Below, one piece after another: positions 10,633-19,399 of a stretch of DNA of 64,000 nucleotides. The notes beneath the pieces were generated by a model. It had not been told where the DNA came from, made no database searches, and saw only the letters and a program-made list of their open reading frames with translations. Source of the DNA: a bacterium (GTDB lineage Bacteria > UBA8248). A program made the position numbers and the translations under genes. Numbering within the stretch: position 1 is the first letter of the stretch; the number at the start of each line of letters is the position of its first letter. The DNA lies in contig CBDBZU010000004.1 of assembly GCA_965213625.1 (NCBI GenBank), forward strand, positions 3,488,001 to 3,552,000, in the 5' to 3' direction.

Positions 10633-10880
10633 GTGATGTCTGTTTCAGGCCACACAGTCATGATTGGGGGAAACAGCATCGGCCAATCGACTTCATGCGA
10701 AGCCCTGGTTCTCTTGCTCGGTCCGAATCACCTGCCTCGAAACAGCCAGATAGACGAGCATGACTTCTTCGAGCGTCGCTGTCTCGACGGCGCGAAGCCC
10801 TCAGACTCATCGAGTTGGAAGTCGTGTTGACCGATCTTGCGGAGGATATTCTCACCAGGTTCCGGATTCACCCCGAATTG
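10633..10880 (+). pseudogene. Remnant of an OLD/YbjD-type ATP-dependent nuclease N-terminus
   Basis: GHTVMIGGNSIGQSTSCEALVLLLGP...IDEHDF resembles the Walker A region GxNxxGKSTxxEAL with K>Q; continues in another frame as EVVLTDL; cut off at the integrase. Confidence 0.55.
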
Positions 10881-10893
10881 AATTTACATTCTG

Positions 10894-12264
10894 CTAAATC
10901 CACAACAATCCGAATCCCTTGGAAGGCTCGCTCATGTCCCTGACCTGCGATCCGGAATCAGGCTTCTGGGAGTTCACCCCCAGCCAGTCGACGTCACACT
11001 CGTCTCCGGAGAACGAATGCGAACCGGACATGGGGACGGACTTTTCACCGCCACCCAGCCAATCGATATCTCCGCCATCCGGCAGAGTAGGCGCGCCGGC
11101 GCTAAACCCCATCGCACGTGCGATGACGGAGGCCGCCTGCGCGGCGGCGTCCCTGAGCGCCGCGTCGTCGAGATGGGCGTAGACGGCGGTGGTCTCGCGC
11201 CTTCGGTGTCCGAGCAGGCGGCCTACGGTGGTGAGTCCCACCCCGTTCATTACGCCCTGAGACGCCCAGGTGTGGCGCAGGTCGTGGATCCTGAGGCCGG
11301 GCAATCCCGCCTCCTCCCGGACTCCGCGCCAGAACGCATGGAGCTTGTCCGTAGTCAGCTCATCCGGAAACACCCGCACGGCGCCATCGGCCCTCGGTAA
11401 GCCCCCAAGCAGTTCCGCCGCCTCGGTTCCGAGCCACAGCGTCCGCGGGCCCGTCTTGGAATCCCCGAGACGCACACTCGCGCCGTCATTGGATAATTCC
11501 CCGATTTGCTCCCATTCGAGGTTGAGCGCTTCTGACAACCGCGCCCCGGTGAGCGTGAGGAGACGCAGGGCAGCTACCGCCCAGAGGTGATTCTCCCGGT
11601 GGCGTTCCAGCACGACGTTCAGGCGCTTCAGTTCCACGGCGCTGAGATACCGTGCGACGGGTCTTCTGGGGTTCTTGACGATGTTGGCGCAGGCGTCGGG
11701 GACGTCATCTGCGAGTTCGCCCCACCCCCGCGTAGTGCGCAGCATGGCGCGGAGTATCTCGAAAGCGCGGTTGGCGGCCCCCGGCCTGTCCGCGCTCACA
11801 GCGTCAAACCACCCCGAGACGCATGCATGGTCGATGGCGTCGAGCCTGAGCTTGCCGAAGTGGGGTATCAGGCGGCTATTCATGTAGACGTCGAAGGTTT
11901 CAAGCGAAGAGGGCTTCCAGCGGCTCTTTCTCCGCTCGCGGTAGCGCGCAGCGAAGTCTTTGAACAGCGGCGCACGTCTCCTGCAGGAAGACTCCACCGC
12001 CTCGCCTCCCCACAGGCGGGCGAGAAGGGCGGCGGCCTCCTTTCGGGCATTTCCGACGCCGATTTCCGGGTAGCGGCCCAGGGTGAACTTCCGCATCCGC
12101 CCCCGGACGCGGGTCTGGACGATGAAGGCCCTGACGCCCGATGGATGTATCCTGACCCCGAAATGCGCGAGCGTCCCGTCCCACAGCGTGTATTCCGACG
12201 CCCGGGGTTTTGCTTCGGCGATCATCTTGTGCGTGAGGCGTTTCTTGTCCCGTCTATGAGCCAT
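10894..12264 (-). CDS. Tyrosine recombinase/integrase with arm-binding N-domain
   Basis: WDGTLAHFGVRI arm domain; TGAR, DSKTG, HDLRH, LGH, YAHL catalytic motifs. Confidence 0.92.
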   Translation of the reverse strand: MAHRRDKKRLTHKMIAEAKPRASEYTLWDGTLAHFGVRIHPSGVRAFIVQTRVRGRMRKFTLGRYPEIGVGNARKEAAALLARLWGGEAVESSCRRRAPLFKDFAARYRERRKSRWKPSSLETFDVYMNSRLIPHFGKLRLDAIDHACVSGWFDAVSADRPGAANRAFEILRAMLRTTRGWGELADDVPDACANIVKNPRRPVARYLSAVELKRLNVVLERHRENHLWAVAALRLLTLTGARLSEALNLEWEQIGELSNDGASVRLGDSKTGPRTLWLGTEAAELLGGLPRADGAVRVFPDELTTDKLHAFWRGVREEAGLPGLRIHDLRHTWASQGVMNGVGLTTVGRLLGHRRRETTAVYAHLDDAALRDAAAQAASVIARAMGFSAGAPTLPDGGDIDWLGGGEKSVPMSGSHSFSGDECDVDWLGVNSQKPDSGSQVRDMSEPSKGFGLLWI

Positions 12265-13387
12265 TCTCCGTCTCCTTTCTCTTTCCGGTCATCGCGTCGT
12301 GGACGACCCCCGAGATGCGCCCCGCCGCCTCATGAATATGGTCATCCGCGAGATGGGCGTAGCGCTCAGTGGAGCCGGTATCGGCGTGGCCGAGCAGGCG
12401 GCCTACGGTGTAGAGGTCGAGGCCGCTCATCACGGAATGGCTGGCGAACGTGTGGCGGCAGTCGTGGAGACGCACGTCATCGAGTCCTGCGAGTCCGCGC
12501 AGCTTACTCCAGCGCTCGCCCAAATCCCTCATCGGACCGTCGCCCTTCCTGTTCGGGAACACGAAATCGCCGCTTCTCGGGAGAGCGTTCAGCACCGCCC
12601 GTGCGGGCGGCGGCAACTGGATCGTCTTGGGACCCGTTTTGGAGTCGGGCAGGACCGCGCGGCTCCCGCGTATCCAGCGCCACTTGAGACCCGTGATCTC
12701 CGAAGTTCGCGCGCCGGTGAACAACAAGAGCCTGACCGCGGCAGCAGTCTGTTGGTCATCTGCGTGGTCGAGCACGAAGCCCAGGCGCTTGAGTTCCTCC
12801 ACTGACAGGAATCGCTCTCGGGGCTTCAGTCTGTAGCGGCGCATGCCGCTGCAGGGGTTCGACCCCTGGGGTCTGAGGTCGCGGTGCTCCGCTTCCCTCA
12901 TCATGACGGAGAGTACGGGCAGGGCCCGGTTGGCGTTGGCAGGCGTCGCGCTCATCGAATCGAACCAGCGCGTGACGTCGGCGCGCGTGATGTCCGCGAC
13001 GCGCATGGCGCCGAAAAACGGCAGGAGATAGCGGGTGAGCAGATGGCGGTTGCCCTTGCGTGTGGCGGGTTTCCAGCGGCCTCCCTGTCCTCGCATGAAT
13101 TCCCCGGCGAAGTCGGCGAACAGGGGGCCGCGCCCACTCTTTGCCTCATCAAGTGCACAGAGCGCCTTCCCGCGCGCCTCCGCCGCCGTCATCTCTCCTT
13201 CTTTACCGAGGGTGAGCCTCCCCCCGCCCGGTTTCAGGACGAAGAAGGTCTTCTTCCCGTTCCTTGCGACCTCGATTCCGAAGGCGGGCAGGTCGCGGTC
13301 GAGGATGGTGAGACCTCGTTTTCCTTTCAGGTGTTCCCTGAACGTGCGCTTCAGGGTTCGTTCGTTGATGGTAGAGTGGATGCGCAT
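12254..13387 (-). CDS. Tyrosine recombinase/integrase, first of a tandem pair
   Basis: AAGGAG SD before ATG 13387; TGAR, DSKTG, HDCRH, LGH, RYAHL; overlaps the next integrase by 11 nt. Confidence 0.9.
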   Translation of the reverse strand: MRIHSTINERTLKRTFREHLKGKRGLTILDRDLPAFGIEVARNGKKTFFVLKPGGGRLTLGKEGEMTAAEARGKALCALDEAKSGRGPLFADFAGEFMRGQGGRWKPATRKGNRHLLTRYLLPFFGAMRVADITRADVTRWFDSMSATPANANRALPVLSVMMREAEHRDLRPQGSNPCSGMRRYRLKPRERFLSVEELKRLGFVLDHADDQQTAAAVRLLLFTGARTSEITGLKWRWIRGSRAVLPDSKTGPKTIQLPPPARAVLNALPRSGDFVFPNRKGDGPMRDLGERWSKLRGLAGLDDVRLHDCRHTFASHSVMSGLDLYTVGRLLGHADTGSTERYAHLADDHIHEAAGRISGVVHDAMTGKRKETENGS

Positions 13388-13844
13388 GAGATGTTCTCCT
13401 TTCCGGTTACCTGAGATAGCCGTCCGTTCGGAGGGAACGGAAACGGCGGTTCCGGGAAGAGAACACGCCCGCGCGCAAGGCCGCAGATACAGGATGGTTC
13501 CGTCTAACCTGTTGTCTTGTAAGGGGATACGCTTCCTGGATAAGGCTCGGTCGGGACTCGCTCGGTGCAGCCTGCTGCGTGGGGTGTGTAACCCGAAGCG
13601 CCGAAGGGCGGCTAACGGCGGATTCCTGGGAACGAACGACAGGGGAATTTTTGCCGTCGATAATGGCGAGCGGGAGCCGCCGCGGCGATTGAGCGGGAAG
13701 AGCAATGCGGGGAGATGTTCCTGAGGCAAGACCAGCGGAGTCTTCATCGTTGCCGGCGCAAGCGACGCGAGCGTTGGTCGACGAGACGCAACGGGCCGCG
13801 CCGCCACCGGGCGGGGTGGCGACGCGACCCGAGGAGTGTTGGCA

Positions 13845-14798
13845 TCAGGCGGCCACGCGTTGCACGGGAATACCGAGGGTTTTAGCTTTGTCGACGAGGT
13901 TGTCGGTGATGCCGCTGCCTGGGAACGCGATCACGCCCTTGGGCAGGAGGTTGAGGAGTTCGTCGTTCCTGCGGAAGGGAGCGGCCCGACCGTGCGCGTC
14001 CCAATCGGGCTTGCAGACGACCTGGTGGACGCCGTTCCGCTCGGCCCAGCCCGCTGCTATCTTCTCCGCACCGGGACCGCCGCCGTGGACGAGGACGACG
14101 TCGGCGTACTTGGCCTTGACCTTGTCGAGATGCGCGATGATTTTCCCCGCGTCGTTCGCCTCCTTGCCGCCCGCGACGGCGACGAGGGTTCCCTGGGGAA
14201 GATGCGCGGTGTTCGCGCGGTCCTTGCGCGCCCGCTGGAAGTCTCGCGCCTCGATCACGGCGGAGGTCAGCTTACCGCTCTGGCTGACGTGCGAGCCTCG
14301 CCTCGGCCGCCATACCTCGCCGGTCTCGATGCGGTAGGCCTCTGCGGCGGTGTCCCTGAGTCCCTCGAAGGCGTCCCTGCGCTCCGTGAGGTTGTTGGCC
14401 CGGTCGGTCATGAGTTCGAGTTCGCGGGAGCGGATCTCAGAGCCGTCCTGTTCGCGCTGGAGTTCACGGATACCGGGGATGAGTTTGTCGGCGGAGCGGT
14501 CGAGCCTCTGGGTCTGGGCGTCGAGGGTGTTGACGAAGCCCCACAGGAGACTCGCCCGCTCGTCGGCAAGCCGTGTTCCGTCGGGTGCTGCTTCCGCGAG
14601 TGCGCCGAAGGCCCTGATGACGGCGGCGGTGGCCTCGCCCTCGTCCCACACGGGGCGGTTGTCGAACTCATCCGGCCCTGGAGTCGCGCCGAACAGGGCG
14701 GCCTGCTCGCAGACCATGGCGGTGAAAGATTCGTTCTGCGCTTCGTGTTCCGTGTGCTCGTTCATGTTCATCTCCTTGTGGTCGTGTGTAGCGGTCAT
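13845..14798 (-). CDS. DUF2493 (YspA/SLOG-like) domain protein of plasmid/ICE type
   Basis: LLWGFVN N-terminal region; C-terminal VLVHGG..GAEKIA..WA, AAPFRRND, AFPGSGIT. Confidence 0.8.
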   Translation of the reverse strand: MTATHDHKEMNMNEHTEHEAQNESFTAMVCEQAALFGATPGPDEFDNRPVWDEGEATAAVIRAFGALAEAAPDGTRLADERASLLWGFVNTLDAQTQRLDRSADKLIPGIRELQREQDGSEIRSRELELMTDRANNLTERRDAFEGLRDTAAEAYRIETGEVWRPRRGSHVSQSGKLTSAVIEARDFQRARKDRANTAHLPQGTLVAVAGGKEANDAGKIIAHLDKVKAKYADVVLVHGGGPGAEKIAAGWAERNGVHQVVCKPDWDAHGRAAPFRRNDELLNLLPKGVIAFPGSGITDNLVDKAKTLGIPVQRVAA

Positions 14799-14819
14799 CG
14801 TTCACTCCTTTGGTAGTCC

Positions 14820-15191
14820 TCAAGCGAGGGGATGGTTGAATTCAGGAAGAGCGTAGCCACGCTCGTTGCGCCCCACTTCCCTGGGCATCTCGTCGAGATA
14901 CCCGGCTGCCCACTCGGCGGCGCGCGCGAGTACGTCGCCGTGGCACGGGAGGGGCCGGCAGTGGCAGCCGAGCTCGCAGCCTTGGAGGTCGGCGAGTTCG
15001 TGGAGGTCCAGTTCCTGGCGCTGGATTTTTCTCCACAGCCATTGGCGGTATTTCTCGATGACGGCGTCGCGGTCGCCGTCGGCGCCGAGCCGGAAGGGAT
15101 TCCCCCACTTCGTCATGCGGTCGATCCTCACCAGCAATCCACTGCCGTTTTCTGCAACGTAGTCGTTCAGGTTCACCACGGTGGTTTCCAT
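14820..15191 (-). CDS. DUF4326 domain protein
   Basis: IDRMTKWGNPF and LGCHCRPLPCHGDVL; AAGGAG SD. Confidence 0.82.
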   Translation of the reverse strand: METTVVNLNDYVAENGSGLLVRIDRMTKWGNPFRLGADGDRDAVIEKYRQWLWRKIQRQELDLHELADLQGCELGCHCRPLPCHGDVLARAAEWAAGYLDEMPREVGRNERGYALPEFNHPLA

Positions 15192-15226
15192 GCCTTTCTC
15201 CTTTTCAGAGAGTTAACGGATATGCT

Positions 15227-15427
15227 TCTTAGCGTCCCATTTTCAGCACGTAAGGGCGCCGGTCGGTGTATCCGGCGCCCGTAGGCGGGCGAATCAAGGG
15301 CTCGTCATTTTCCGGGGGGTTCCCGAAAAACACGCCTCATCGTTTTTTGGGGGGCACCGGCAAATGATGGTCGCCTGCGGCCACCCTTTATTCGCCCGGC
15401 GTTCGTGCTAAAATGAGGACGCTAAGA
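15227..15427 (-). promoter_or_regulatory. Conserved ~200 nt multi-branched stem-loop upstream of DUF4326 (candidate ssDNA promoter or RNA leader), copy 1
   Basis: Outer stem CTTAGCGTCC (15228)/GGACGCTAAG (15417) and inner hairpins; compensatory changes relative to copy 2. Confidence 0.6.
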
Positions 15428-15748
15428 GAGAGACACTAGTACCGTCACCGGGACACAAGAGTTTCTGGTGTTTCACGATGAAGGCGAAGCTCATCGGGAA
15501 ACAATCTCTCATGCTGCGGAAAGGGTCATTTCGGGCCGTTATTCGGCCCGGAATTCCCGCAGCGGGGGGTGGACCGAGCCACTGTCTTGAGCATGGAATG
15601 ATCGCAGGCGCAAGCCGATCTTCCGTGAACATGGTTTATCGTTCACGGAACCGGAGGCTATCGAGGTGTTCCCGGTAGACGAGAGAAGCCTACAGGGAGG
15701 GAAAGGCGCGGGCGCTTCGGCGGTGGACTTCCTCCGGACAACGGGCAT

Positions 15749-15788
15749 AAGAAAAGGGGTCGACGCGCGTGATGGCGCCGACCCCTTG
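15749..15788 (-). terminator. Rho-independent terminator after ssb
   Basis: Minus strand AAGGGGTCGGCGC...GCGTCGACCCCTTTTTCTT hairpin plus T tract. Confidence 0.6.
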
Positions 15789-15795
15789 TGAGCAC

Positions 15796-16221
15796 TTAAA
15801 ACCGGATGTCCTCCTCCTCACCCCCGACCCCTGCGGCGACGGGCACGCCGTTGCCGTTGTTGTTCCCGTTCGCCTTGTCCAAAAACTGGACGACCCCGCC
15901 GGGTGCTACGAGTATCTCGGTCGAGAAGCGTTCCGAATCCTCCTCGTCCTTCTTCCAGCGACGGGTCTGGAGCTTGCCCGCGACGTAGACCAGACGGCCT
16001 TTCTTCGCGTGCCGCTCGAACATGTCCACCAGGCCGGGCTGGAAGGTCACGATCCTATGCCACTCCGTTTTCTCCACCCTCTCACCGGATTGCTTGTCCA
16101 CGTAGCCCTCATCGGTGGCGATGGATAGATTTGCGACGCGTCCCCCGCTCGCGAGATGGTTGATGGTGACGTCGGCGCCTAAGCGCCCGATCAGTTCCGC
16201 ACGGTTCAGTCCGAATGCCAT
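15796..16221 (-). CDS. ssb: Single-stranded DNA-binding protein
   Basis: LNRAELIGRLGAD, TEWHRIV, KKGRLVYVAGKLQTRRW, acidic tail EEEDIRF; AAGGAG SD. Confidence 0.93.
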   Translation of the reverse strand: MAFGLNRAELIGRLGADVTINHLASGGRVANLSIATDEGYVDKQSGERVEKTEWHRIVTFQPGLVDMFERHAKKGRLVYVAGKLQTRRWKKDEEDSERFSTEILVAPGGVVQFLDKANGNNNGNGVPVAAGVGGEEEDIRF

Positions 16222-16301
16222 TTTGTTACTCCTTGAAGTGTAGTGTGGATGATAAAGTCGAGGAGCCGGAAATCCTCTCTCCCCGACCCCCCCCGTTCGT
16301 C

Positions 16302-16433
16302 CTAAACGCTACAAAACTCCACTTCGCCGTCCGCCTCGGCGCGCAGCTTGCGGATCGTGTACGCATCGAGTCCGAGTTCTGCGAGCAACTCATCCGCGGT
16401 GGGAACGTCGACGTCGTAGTCGTTCTCGTACAT
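16302..16433 (-). CDS. Small acidic hypothetical protein (43 aa), not in the ORF track
   Basis: GAGGAGG SD then MYENDYDVDVPTADELLAELGLDAYTIRKLRAEADGEVEFCSV-stop, just upstream of ssb. Confidence 0.5.
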   Translation of the reverse strand: MYENDYDVDVPTADELLAELGLDAYTIRKLRAEADGEVEFCSV

Positions 16434-16635
16434 GGCCGTGCCTCCTCTCGGGTTGTCCCCGGCGGCGGGAACTGGAGACCGTCTCCCTCCCCCCTACCGG
16501 GTATTTGCCCGGCTCTCCGCTTCCCTTTCACTCTCGAGAGGAGGTTCTCACCCGGCGGGAACCACTCGCGCAAGGTGTTTGCCTTTACCGCGGATTCGTG
16601 TCAGACAGCGCACGGAGGTGAGGAAGGGAGGAGGT

Positions 16636-17043
16636 ATGGAACGACTCAAGCTCTGGTTGCCGGCGCTGCTGTGGCTGCCTGCGGGGATTATCGCAGAGGA
16701 GGTTCTGCGCACCGGGTCAATGGAGGGTGCAGATACGCTGCTTGACGTCCTGGAGTTGCTGCCCGCCGCTCCGTGCGGCATCCCCCTCGCGCTCGCCTGC
16801 CGGCGACTTGCCCGCTCGGGCTATCCGGGTCCCTCCCTGGTGGCGTGGTTGCTACTCGGCGCGGCCTCTGTGATGGGCTTCCTCGGTCCGCTCCCCGTGG
16901 GCGTTCAGGCGCTCCTGGTCTCTTTTCCGGTATGGATGGCGGTGTGGCGCCTCGAGCGTCGGCCCCGCGGCCCGGGATTCGCCCCTTCGTCAAGGCGGCC
17001 GGGGCGCGGGAGGTCTCAGGGGCCGTACCGCCCCTGGTCCTGA
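16636..17043 (+). CDS. Hypothetical membrane protein
   Basis: GGAGGT SD before ATG 16636; several hydrophobic segments. Confidence 0.5.
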   Translation: MERLKLWLPALLWLPAGIIAEEVLRTGSMEGADTLLDVLELLPAAPCGIPLALACRRLARSGYPGPSLVAWLLLGAASVMGFLGPLPVGVQALLVSFPVWMAVWRLERRPRGPGFAPSSRRPGRGRSQGPYRPWS

Positions 17044-17161
17044 GGCCCCGCGGAGACGTCCGATACAGGTCGACTCCCCCCGTCGAAGCCTCCCGCAGGA
17101 ATCCAGACGCCGTGGGGCCGGCTGCGGAGCAGGTCGGCGTCGGCGGCACGTGCAGGCGCGC

Positions 17162-17977
17162 TCACCAGGGAGCCGCGGTGAGTTTCGCCATCACGCAGGC
17201 ATCCTCCACGACCTCGACCTCATCGCGTGAGAGTTTCGCGAAGGCGAGGCACATGGCGACCTCCTCCCAGGAGTCCAAAGGTCCGTGCTCGATGCCCGTG
17301 GCCAGTTCCACCACGGTGTAGCGTGGTGGATGGACGGGCATTCCCCGGTGTTCGCCCGATGAGAAATACGATCGCCTGGCGCACGCCTCACACCTGGCTG
17401 CTCCATGAGAGGGGGCTGCGCAGTCAACACATGCCCCGCGGGCGCGCCTTGTATGATAGCGCGCCCGGCTGGCGGCGTTCTTGAGCGGACGGCGCTTTGA
17501 ATCCCTTTTGGCGCACGAAGCGCACGTCGAAGCCTTTCCGGTTACGGCGCCTCCGCAACGACCGCAAAGGCCCCTGGAGCGTCTTTTTTCATAGAGCTTC
17601 TTCTCCTCCGCCCGCCTCGCTTCCCGGCAGGCCTCGCAGACGACGCTGCCCTCCGCCGGAGCAAACTCTCCGCAGCGTACGCATAACCCGGCCTCCTTGC
17701 GCTCGCGCCTGCGCTTTCTCGTCCTCTCCCGCGCCATGCGCCGGCGGCTCTCGGGATCCCGCCCGCCGTATGCAGTTCCCCCTGCCCGGGCTCTCAAGTA
17801 GCGGGCGCGCTCGGCGACTCGGCTTCTATCGAGGCAGACCTCGCATAGGCTTCGCCCGGGCGCAGGAGGTTTTTTCCCGCATTTTGGACAAAGGCCCATC
17901 TCCTTGCGTTTGGCCGCCCGCCTCCTGTGGCGTTCGCGTTCGAAAGCGCGTCTTCGCTCCGGGTCCTTGTGGGGCAT
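17162..17977 (-). CDS. Basic multi-zinc-finger protein (eight CxxC motifs)
   Basis: SD before ATG 17977; four repeats of G(L/A)CxxC-x10-12-CxxC separated by Arg/Lys-rich helices. Confidence 0.7.
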   Translation of the reverse strand: MPHKDPERRRAFERERHRRRAAKRKEMGLCPKCGKKPPAPGRSLCEVCLDRSRVAERARYLRARAGGTAYGGRDPESRRRMARERTRKRRRERKEAGLCVRCGEFAPAEGSVVCEACREARRAEEKKLYEKRRSRGLCGRCGGAVTGKASTCASCAKRDSKRRPLKNAASRARYHTRRARGACVDCAAPSHGAARCEACARRSYFSSGEHRGMPVHPPRYTVVELATGIEHGPLDSWEEVAMCLAFAKLSRDEVEVVEDACVMAKLTAAPW

Positions 17978-18057
17978 CCTCTCTCCCTCCTTTGGGTGGA
18001 TGGAATCCGTACGGCCGGCGCCTGGCAGGACGTCCTCCCGGCGCGGGCCGGGAAGCC

Positions 18058-18357
18058 TCACCGGCACAGCATCTTTCCCCACACGAGGTGTTCGCCCCAC
18101 AGTTGCAGGCCGCTACCGGGGAGTTTAAGCCCCGTGCAGACAATGAGTTCATCCCGCGCGGGCCGCATATCCCGGACGGCTCTCCGCGAGGCGGTCACGC
18201 GCTTGCTCCTGCGCCCGCCCTTCTCCCCTCCGGGCAGGGGCCTGAGCTCGCCCCCGCCCGTGGATTTGTAGCGTCTTACCTCGTATCGCTCGTCGGCGAG
18301 TCCCTCGCCGAAGAGATGGGTGAGGAAGGTGTTCGCCTGTGGTTTCGGTTTACGCAT
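18058..18357 (-). CDS. Hypothetical protein (99 aa)
   Basis: AAGGAGG SD before ATG 18357 (MRKPKPQANTFLTHLF...). Confidence 0.35.
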   Translation of the reverse strand: MRKPKPQANTFLTHLFGEGLADERYEVRRYKSTGGGELRPLPGGEKGGRRSKRVTASRRAVRDMRPARDELIVCTGLKLPGSGLQLWGEHLVWGKMLCR

Positions 18358-19065
18358 CGCGCGGCCTCCTTGGAATGGGTGGATGATGGCGGCGACCGGT
18401 ACTGACCGGAGAGGGAGAACCTCCCTCCCGGACGCCCCGCCGCGCCTCCTCCCGGCCCGGCTCGGCCTCTTGGCGGCGCAAAGTGCGCCGGGGTCTTTCA
18501 CGGGAAGGGTGTGTCCGGGTCGTGGCCGTGAAGTTCCTGCTCCTCCAGTTCGTGGCGCCAGACGTAGCGCTCTCCCCTCCCGTCGGGGAGCCGGTAGCGG
18601 GTGAAAGCCGTCCCCGTGGCGGAACCCCCGCCACAGGACGCACGGCAGCGCCGTGAGAAGGCGCCAGAGGGCCCACAGGGAGGCGGAGACCGATCCCGGC
18701 CGCGAGAGAGAGGATTGTGGCGAGGACCGCGAGTGCGTGCGCCGCCCGGCCTCTCCGGCTGCGTCCACGGCGTTCCGGGTCTTGCTCAGGGTGTGAGGCT
18801 CAGGGGGGTTGCTTTTGCGCGCCATTATTTTATAATCAACGTTAACATTCAAATTCTATGTTTCTGAAAACGTTCATTTTCTGGGTGTGGGGTTTCTGGC
18901 AACTTATTGAAGCGAGGTCACGATGAAGACACTGAGCACGTTTGTCAGGGGATGGAAGAAATTGTGTGAATCCGGGTACCGGTTCTGCGCCGCGCGAGGC
19001 GGGGATATCCGGAAAATCCGTTCCGGGGGGTTGACAAACCGGCTCCGGGGGTCTTTGCATAATGA

Positions 19066-19124
19066 AGCCGAGCCGAGCCGAGCCGAGCCGAGCCGAGCCG
19101 AGCCGAGCCGAGCCGAGCCGAGCC
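19066..19124 (+). repeat. Perfect pentanucleotide tandem repeat (AGCCG)11 plus AGCC
   Basis: Read directly; ~280 bp upstream of the adhesin start. Confidence 0.97.
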
Positions 19125-19399
19125 ACCCTTGCTACGTCTCCGTAGCGCTGCCGCCTAGGGCGCTCCGCCTCCCGCCTGAGCCTTCCCCTACCGCCGGATG
19201 GCGGTCCGATATCGACCGGCATTGCCGCACTGCCGGTCCGCCGGCCCTTTCCTCAACAGGTTCCCTGCGACCGTCGCGCGCTCCCGTGCGTGCTGCGGGC
19301 GCTTCCGTTTGTGATCTGCGGCGCGGACCGATGTCCGGTGCTGCGGCCTTACGCACTACCAATCAAACTCTCACCGTCAAAGAGGAGTGTTGGAGAGCG

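Larger units (their letters stand above)
13566..16137 (-). repeat. Copy 1 of a ~2.6 kb diverged inverted duplication (ssb, structured spacer, DUF4326, DUF2493, downstream spacer)
   Basis: Reverse complement aligns by eye with 25780-28408 in coding and non-coding parts. Confidence 0.9.

Noticed and set aside
13388-13807. Long N-terminal extension of the integrase ORF (the YcaO ORF has a similar one at 41689-42108)
   Set aside because: They overlap conserved non-coding DNA or the upstream gene; internal starts with an SD or ATGA coupling fit better.
18498-18825. Possible frameshifted gene on the minus strand (MARKSNPP... joined to TAFTRYRLPDG...)
   Set aside because: Plausible, but there is no homolog or second copy to support the join.
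19066-19124. Possible CRISPR array
   Set aside because: Uninterrupted 5-mer tandem with no spacers; no cas genes in the window.
18923-19399. 159 aa N-terminal extension of the adhesin ORF with AEPSR repeats
   Set aside because: It is a translation of the microsatellite and leader. The SD and signal peptide at 19400 give a better start; kept only as a possibility in the phase-variation finding.
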